Origin: Octopus vulgaris
Lineage: Eukaryota
NCBI GenBank assembly: GCA_951406725.2
Contig: OX597829.1
Span: forward strand, 1,922,001-1,986,000
DNA: 64,000 nt
Direction: 5' to 3'
Below, piece after piece: positions 55,701-64,000 of the stretch; positions within the stretch are counted from its first letter, which is position 1; the number at the start of each line of letters is the position of its first letter. Below the pieces are notes generated by a model. The model was given only the letters and a program-made list of their open reading frames with translations, searched no databases and was not told the origin of the DNA. A program made the translations under genes and the position numbers.

Positions 55701-58700
55701 ATTAGCCCTAGATATGCTGTGTGTATGTGTGTGAGTAATAGGAGGGATGATCACAAATGGAATATATTTGATCCAATACATTAGCCCTAGATATGCTGTG
55801 TGTGTGTGTGAGTAATAGGAGGGATGATCACAAATGGAATATATTTGATCCAATACATTAGCCCTAGATATGCTGTGTGTATGTGTGTGAGTAATAGAAG
55901 GGATGGTCACAAATGGAATATATTTGATCCAATACATTAGCCCTAGATATGCTGTGTGTGTGTGTGAGTAATAGGAGGGATGGTCACAAATGGAATATAT
56001 TTGATCCAATACATTAGCCCTAGATATGCTGTGTGTATGTGTGTGAGTAATAGGAGGGATGATCACAAATGGAATATATTTGATCCAATACATTAGCCCT
56101 AGATATGCTGTGTGTGTGTGTGAGTAATAGGAGGGATGATCACAAATGGAATATATTTGATCCAATACATTAGCCCTAGATATGCTGTGTGTATGTGTGT
56201 GAGTAATAGAAGGGATGGTCACAAATGGAATATATTTGATCCAATACATTAGCCCTAGATATGCTGTGTGTGTGTGTGAGTAATAGGAGGGATGGTCACA
56301 AATGGAATATATTTGATCCAATACATTAGCCCTAGATATGCTGTGTGTGTGTGTGTCAGTAATAGAAGGGATGGTCACAAATGGAATATATTTGATCCAA
56401 TACATTAGCCCTAGATATGCTGTGTGTGTGTGTGAGTAATAGAAGGGATGGTCACAAATGGAATATATTTGATCCAATACATTAGCCCTAGATATGCTGT
56501 GTGTATGTGTGTGAGTAATAGAAGGGATGGTCACAAATGGAATATATTTGATCCAATACATTAGCCCTAGATATGCTGTGTGTGTGTGTGTCAGTAATAG
56601 AAGGGATGGTCACAAATGGAATATATTTGATCCAATACATTAGCCCTAGATATGCTGTGTGTGTGTGTGAGTAATAGAAGGGATGGTCACAAATGGAATA
56701 TATTTGATCCAATACATTAGCCCTAGATATGCTGTGTGTGTGTGTGAGTAATAGGAGGGATGGTCACAAATGGAATATATTTGATCCAATACATTAGCCC
56801 TAGATATGCTGTGTGTGTGTGTGAGTAATAGGAGGGATGGTCACAAATGGAATATATTTGATCCAATACATTAGCCCTAGATATGCTGTTTGTGTGTGTG
56901 AGTAATAGAGGGGATGGTCACAAATGGAATATATTTGATCCAATACATTAGCCCTAGATATGCTGTGTGTGTGTGAGAGTAATAGGAGGGTTGGTCACAA
57001 ATGGAATATATTTGATCCAATACATTAGCCCTAGATATGCTGTGTGTGTGTGTGAGTAATAGAGGGGATGGTCACAAATGGAATATATTTGATCCAATAC
57101 ATTAGCCCTAGATATGCTGTGTGTGTGTGTGAGTAATAGGAGGGATGGTCACAAATGGAATATATTTGATCCAATACATTAGCCCTAGATATGCTGTGTG
57201 TGTGTGTGTGAGTAATAGGAGGGATGATCACAAATGGAATATATTTGATCCAATACATTAGCCCTAGATATGCTGTGTGTGTGTGAGTAATAGGAGGGAT
57301 GGTCACAAATGGAATATATTTGATCCAATACATTAGCCCTAGATATGCTGTGTGTGTGTGTGAGTAATAGGAGGGATGGTCACAAATGGAATATATTTGA
57401 TCCAATACATTAGCCCTAGATATGCTGTTTGTGTGTGTGAGTAATTTGATCCAATACATTAGCCCTAGATATGCTGTGTGTGTGTGAGAGTAATAGGAGG
57501 GATGGTCACAAATGGAATATATTTGATCCAATACATTAGCCCTAGATATGCTGTTGTGTGTGTGAGTAATAGAGGGGATGGTCACAAATGGAATATATTT
57601 GATCCAATACATTAGCCCTAGATATGCTGTGTGTGTGTGTGAGTAATAGAGGGGATGGTCACAAATGGAATATATTTGATCCAATACATTAGCCCTAGAT
57701 ATGCTGTGTGTGTGTGTGAGTAATAGGAGGGATGGTCACAAATGGAATATATTTGATCCAATACATTAGCCCTAGATATGCTGTGTGTGTGTGAGAGTAA
57801 TAGAGGGGATGGTCACAAATGGAATATATTTGATCCAATACATTAGCCCTAGATATGCTGTGTGTGTGTGTGAGTAATAGAGGGGATGGTCACAAATGGA
57901 ATATATTTGATCCAATACATTAGCCCTAGATATGCTGTGTGTGTGTGTGAGTAATAGGAGGGATGGTCACAAATGGAATATATTTGATCCAATACATTAG
58001 CCCTAGATATGCTGTGTGTGTGTGAGAGTAATAGAGGGGATGGTCACAAATGGAATATATTTGATCCAATACATTAGCCCTAGATATGCTGTGTATGTGT
58101 GTGAGTAATAGAGGGGATGGTCACAAATGGAATATATTTGATCCAATACATTAGCCCTAGATATGCTGTGTATGTGTGTGTGAGTAATAGGAGGGATGAT
58201 CACAAATGGAATATATTTGATCCAATACATTAGCCCTAGATATGCTGTGTATGTGTGTGAGTAATAGAGGGGATGGTCACAAATGGAATATATTTGATCC
58301 AATACATTAGCCCTAGATATGCTGTGTGTGTGTGAGAGTAATAGAGGGGATGGTCACAAATGGAATATATTTGATCCAATACATTAGCCCTAGATATGCT
58401 GTGTGTGTGTGTGTGAGTAATAGAGGGGATGGTCACAAATGGAATATATTTGATCCAATACATTAGCCCTAGATATGCTGTGTGTGTGTGAGTAATAGGA
58501 GGGATGGTCACAAATGGAATATATTTGATCCAATACATTAGCCCTAGATATGCTGTGTGTGTGTGTGTGTGAGTAATAGGAGGGATGATCACAAATGGAA
58601 TATATTTGATCCAATACATTAGCCCTAGATATGCTGTGTATGTGTGTGAGTAATAGAGGGGATGGTCACAAATGGAATATATTTGATCCAATACATTAGC

Positions 58701-59077
58701 CCTAGATATGCTGTGTGTGTGTGAGAGTAATAGAGGGGATGGTCACAAATGGAATATATTTGATCCAATACATTAGCCCTAGATATGCTGTGTGTGTGTG
58801 TGTGTAATAGAGGGGATGGTCACAAATGGAATATATTTGATCCAATACATTAGCCCTAGATATGCTGTGTGTGTGTGAGTAATAGGAGGGATGGTCACAA
58901 ATGGAATATATTTGATCCAATACATTAGCCCTAGATATGCTGTGTGTATGTGTGTGAGTAATAGAGGGGATGGTCACAAATGGAATATATTTGATCCAAT
59001 ACATTAGCCCTAGATATGCTGTGTGTATGTGTGTGAGTAATAGAGGGGATGGTCACAAATGGAATATATTTGATCCA
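52729..59077. repeat. Homogeneous satellite, 75-81-bp unit containing variable (TG)n, about 80 copies
   Basis: Unit atccaatacattagccctagatatgc(tg)n agtaatagRRgggatggtcacaaatggaatatatttg. Confidence 0.99.
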
Positions 59078-59088
59078 CAGCTCTTGGA

Positions 59089-59344
59089 CATACATACATA
59101 CATACATACATACATACATACATACATACATACATACATACATACATACATACATACACATACATACATACATACATACATACATACATACATACATACA
59201 TACATACATACATACATACATACATACATACATACATACATACATACATACATACATACGTGAATACATACATACATACATACATACATACATACATACA
59301 TACATACATACATACATACATACATACATACATACATACATACA

Positions 59345-59375
<31 letters not shown>
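59089..59375. repeat. (TACA)n microsatellite
   Basis: Direct observation. Confidence 0.97.
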
Positions 59376-59380
<5 letters not shown>

Positions 59381-59472
59381 CGTATATACACTGCATACAC
59401 GCGTGCACGTACGTGTACACACAAAGGTAGAAAAGAAAGAACACAACGACACACACACACACAGAGAGCGAG

Positions 59473-59509
<37 letters not shown>

Positions 59510-60129
59510 AAGACGAGAATAAATTTCTAGTTCGTGATAAATGATGGATGAGGTATCTTGGAACCAGGTCATGGTTCTTGATGGTTTTAATGTCTGAAAG
59601 AAACCCACCTTCACTAACACCACCACCACCACCACCACCACCATCTCACTTACTTCCACCTCAAAGTCCTTCTTCCACCGCCGCCATACCATCCACCCCG
59701 CAGTTTGGTGCTGCCATCACTGCTTGCCGTTCCTATGTTTCTTTTGCTATAACTCATAAGATGTGATTAATGCTGCTTACTGCTATTGCTGTTGTTGTTG
59801 TTGTTGTTGTTGTTGTGGTTGCTGTTGTTGCTTATGATGATGATGATGATGTCGTTGTTGTTGATGTAATTCCTGTTGTTTACTGCCTCAGCTTCTTAAT
59901 CTTACAGACGCTGATGTTTGTTGAAATAAAACAAAAATTACTTAATATAACCCATAAATTGTTGTTGTTGCTGTTGCTGCTGTGGTTCTTGCTGCTGTTA
60001 TTGTTATTGTTTTTGTTGCTGTTCTCGTTATTGTCGATGTTGTTGTTATTTTCATTTTGTTGTATCTGTTATTGTTGTTGTTATTTTGTTGTAGTTGTTG
60101 TTGTCGTTGTAGTGTCGTTTTTTTTTTGA

Positions 60130-60667
60130 GAACCAGGTCGAACCCGATCCAGTAAGACCAAGATCAAAGCCATTCCACCTTTTATTCAGAAACCATGTAT
60201 CTGGGGCTACATGATCTAATATATAACGTTAGTTGTTATTGTCACCGCCATTGTTTAACCCCGGGTCAGTGTTAAAACTGTAAACTATGATCAAAGATCA
60301 ACTATGATCATAGAACCCTTTGTCCTGGCTATTGTTGTTGTCTATTACTACGTTATCTAATATAGAGTTGTGTTAGTTGTTGTTTAGCTCCAGGTCAGAC
60401 CTAATCCAGTAGATTTACAATCACAGATATTCCAACCGTGCCCATCTCATCTATTGGATCTAGCTTTTTTCATTCGCAAAATATGCATTTTTAAAGAGAA
60501 GTAAAAAGTCTGAAAATCGGCTATAATAATGTAGCCTTCCAGTCTTATTGCTTTAAAGGTGTGATGATGGGGAGAAAAAAGTTACAGAGGTTTAGAAATC
60601 GGGAAAACTGGGTATTTGTAGCCAATGGCGAAACAGGAATTTTCAGGCAGGCAGGCAGGCAGGCAGG

Positions 60668-60719
<52 letters not shown>

Positions 60720-61240
60720 TAGCTGACTTGTTCATTTTAGGTTTCTAAATAAAAAAAGAAGTACCTAATAAAATCAACATGTGTCATCTTACTGTTTCTT
60801 TTGTGTCTTTATTGATTGTATGGTTTTATAATTTTTTTAAAAATTTGTTATATGAGAAAGACTAGATCCCATCTATTCAGACATACTGAACCTTAGGATT
60901 ATATAATATAATGTATCGTACCCCAGTATATATTCAACGGTGTAGTGGTTGTTTAGCCCCAGGCCTCTGATCAAGGATGTTCTTGCAGTGACACTGTTAA
61001 CTATAATACATTCAGACATTGTATTTTGATGTAGCGTTAAGTAAACATCCGTTATCTAATGCATAGTAGTTATAGATGGTATTAACAAAAATGGTCGGTT
61101 TTTTTTTTGTTATTACTGCTGCTATTTACTTCCTGGTCAATTCTGAACTAGCAAAATTGTATCCGTAGATATTGAGTAAACCTGTTCAAATTGAGCATAC
61201 TATGATCAAAATCTATTCTTTCCATGACTATCCTGACACG
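60130..61240 (+). repeat. Third degenerate cluster of the old tgatcaaa..gaccatcc repeat
   Basis: Copies near 60130, 60255, 60380, 60950, 61130. Confidence 0.6.
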
Positions 61241-61471
61241 TATTCAGGGATGGTGGTTTTACTCCGGTTGTTGTTTCATAGCGCGACACATTCTGAAAAT
61301 ATCCTCCATCATAACCTCTGTTGACGAACATCGTATAAGTTGCATTTAGCTGACAGTTAATGCATGAAATTATGTCAAACGTACATACTAACAAAAATAC
61401 ACACATGCACGCACGCATATACGCACACACACACATACATTAATAATAATTTATATGTATATGTGTTCATT

Positions 61472-61680
61472 ACTCTTTTACTTGTTTCAGTCATTTTGAC
61501 TGCGGCCATGCTGGAGCACCGTCTTTAGTCGAGGAAATCGACACCCAGGACTTATTCTTTGGAGGCCTAGTACTTATTCTATCGGTCTTTTTTGCCGAAC
61601 CGCTAAGTTACGGGGACGTAAACACACCACCATCGGTTGTCAAGCAATGTTGGTGGGGGACAAACAAAAACACAAGCACA
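61472..61680 (-). mobile_element. SINE family A, 3' half
   Basis: Matches family A. Confidence 0.9.
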
Positions 61681-61760
61681 CACACACACACACACATACA
61701 TACACAAACACACACACATATATGGCTCTGTGTATTATAATACATACATACATATATATA

Positions 61761-61971
61761 TATATTATATTAAATTAGAGACAAAACCACTATTAGGCAA
61801 ATCAAACAAGAAAGACTTAAGCCAATACATAAATTAATTTATATTATTTAGAAATTTAACAATTAATAATTGTTAAATTTCTAAATAATATAAATTAATT
61901 TATGTATTGGCTTAAGTCTTTCTTTGTTTGATTTGCTAATAGTGGTTTTGTCTCTAATTTAATATAATATA
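61761..61971. repeat. Near-perfect ~105-bp-arm AT-rich palindrome
   Basis: Centre at 61866; two 1-nt indels between arms. Confidence 0.93.
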
Positions 61972-62984
61972 ATATTTTACTATAAAATTGGATTCAATCC
62001 TAAATCTGATTTTTCCCTGTAAGTTTGGATTTATTCCCTAATATTTATTATTATTAATAAATATATACATATATAAAAACAATAAATTACATAGAGAAAA
62101 ACAATTTATTGCTTGTATTTTGTATTTATTTCCTTATTTCTGTGATGTTCAACTGACACCAATGAATTGGATGTTTTACACCCCATCGAAGGAATTTTTT
62201 CCTTCGTTTGTTGCATTGCCATTATATACATACACACATACATACATACATACACACATACATACATACACACATACATACATACATACATACATACATA
62301 CATACATACATACATACATACATACATACATACATACATACATACATACATACATACATACATACATACATACATGCATACATACATATACACATACATA
62401 TATATACGTATATACACTCACAACACATATACGCGTGCACGTACGTGTACACACAAAGGTAGAAAAGAAAGAACACAACGAACGGAAACCATCGAAACAC
62501 AACATGCGGGGAAATGGACGATAGTACGACGAACAGTAAACAGGACAAAAAGAAAATACACGGATCATTCGCAACCGATTGCCTCTTCAGTCGAAGTTCG
62601 GAATGTCTTTGTAGTTTGGCCTCCTTATCTCCGATGCTACTCGAATCGAGCGGGGCCATGGATTTAAGCTAAAATTATTAAGCCTCTGGGAAAGGCAAAC
62701 GAATGTATACAAGAACGAAAATAAAAACGAGAAAGCTAGAATTATACACTTATGACAGAACGCCTTTCGGCTATGCAGAAGAAGGGGAAAAAAATTTTGT
62801 ATATACGAATACAAATAAGTAAATAAGAGAAAGGGTCCTTTGACTATTGGACGAACGTAAAATAAAAATATACATATACAATGGACAAGCACCTTTCGGC
62901 TATACAACAAAAGGGAAATAATTGTACAAATACAACAAAAATAAACCCAAAAATGTCTTTGGACTATCACTTATATATATATAG

Positions 62985-63316
62985 ATTCTTTTACTTGTTT
63001 CAGTCTGCGGCCATGTTGGAGCACCGCCTTTAGTCGAAGAAATCGACGTCTGGACTTATTCTTTTTAAGCCTAGTACTAATTCTATCGGTGTCTTTTGGC
63101 GAACCGCTAGGTTATGGGGACGTAAACATACAAAACCTCAGTTGTCAAGCGATGGTGGGGGACAAACACAGACACACAAACGTATACATACATATAGATA
63201 TATATGACGGGCTTCTTTCAGTTTCTGTCTGCCGAGACTATAACAGAAGACACTTGTCCAAGGTGCCGCGCAATGAGAGTGATTCCGGAAGCAAGCCTCC
63301 TACGACATAGCCACGC
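62985..63316 (-). mobile_element. SINE family A, internally deleted
   Basis: Matches family A. Confidence 0.85.
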
Positions 63317-63317
63317 T

Positions 63318-63360
<43 letters not shown>

Positions 63361-63502
63361 CTGTGTGTGTCTGTGTGTGTGTGTGTGTGTGTATGTGTGT
63401 GTGTCTGTGCAATGAAAAATACACATTGTGTACAGGATACCACCAACGAGTGAAAAATACGTAAACATACGAGAGAAACGTACAGGACAAATTACCAAAG
63501 GA

Positions 63503-63569
63503 AGATAACTCCTCATCAGTTGTCGACTGTTTACTACTCCTATTTCATGCTTTTAACGACAATATAGGA
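63503..63569 (-). ncRNA. Candidate hammerhead with non-canonical strand order
   Basis: tccta-TA-ttgtcg .. GAAA-tagga .. cgacaa-CTGATGA; stems I and III perfect, stem II poor. Confidence 0.35.
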
Positions 63570-63595
63570 AACTTCATATAAATATATATGGCTAA

Positions 63596-63678
<83 letters not shown>

Positions 63679-63981
63679 TGTTTCTTTATTAGCCACACAG
63701 GGCTGCACACAGACAGAACAAATTACAAGGTAGAGCTTTTCTTTTGGGGGTAAAAAAAAGGGGGTTGGTTTTCGATCAAAAGGGATCGTAAAAGAAAAGA
63801 AAGAGGACAAAAAAAGGGGGGAGAGTGAAAAAAAGAAAAGGGGAGAGGAAAAAAAAAAGTTGATCAATAGGGATCATAATCACAGAAATGTCAATATGAA
63901 GTGTAAAGGGGAGGACAGGTGAGGTTTACCCGTGGAAAGAAAAGCCTACGGAAAAGACCGCGGTAACCTCGGTCAATGAAG
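63679..63981 (-). mobile_element. Retroelement 3' UTR fragment (Tx1-like tail) inside (GATA)n
   Basis: Minus end agccctgtgtggctaataaagaaac resembles the SINE B and 41843 LINE tails; GATA repeats on both flanks. Confidence 0.55.
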
Positions 63982-64000
63982 TAGATAGATAGATAGATAG

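Noticed and set aside
55317-56561. 414-aa repetitive ORF
   Set aside because: Frame shifts arbitrarily with (TG)n length between units; satellite artefact
52729-59077. CRISPR-like array
   Set aside because: No unique spacers (only TG-length and SNP variants), no cas genes, eukaryotic context
60470-60775. Helentron/DINE-like element around (CAGG)(CAGA)n
   Set aside because: Suggestive 3' hairpin only; single copy, termini not definable
62561-62625. Hammerhead-like CTGAAGA-g-gcaa(tcgg)ttgc-GAAT on minus strand
   Set aside because: GAAA is broken and no convincing stem I or III

Overview
AT-rich eukaryotic (metazoan) non-coding DNA, intergenic or intronic. The SINE types and extreme microsatellite load suggest an octopus-like cephalopod (inference). 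No host protein-coding gene is supported; the long ORFs are microsatellite/satellite artefacts or decayed transposon fragments. Contents: three abundant SINE-type families (called A, B, C here); LINE remnants (CR1-group, RTE, Tx1/L1-like, R4/Dong-like); Tc1 and mariner remnants; non-autonomous Helitrons; MITEs; and a 6.3-kb, ~78-bp satellite that seems to have grown out of one copy of an older dispersed repeat. The most interesting signal is about 13 minimal hammerhead-ribozyme (HHR) motifs from several unrelated short repeat families, resembling Penelope-like-element (PLE) HHRs. They include a pair with the compensatory U3-A8 core, a perfect 138-bp palindrome with an HHR on each strand, a tRNA-headed element with an HHR tail, and a candidate HHR with non-canonical strand order. 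Two SINE families also share their 3' tails with LINE fragments in this window. All folds were read by eye and are untested.
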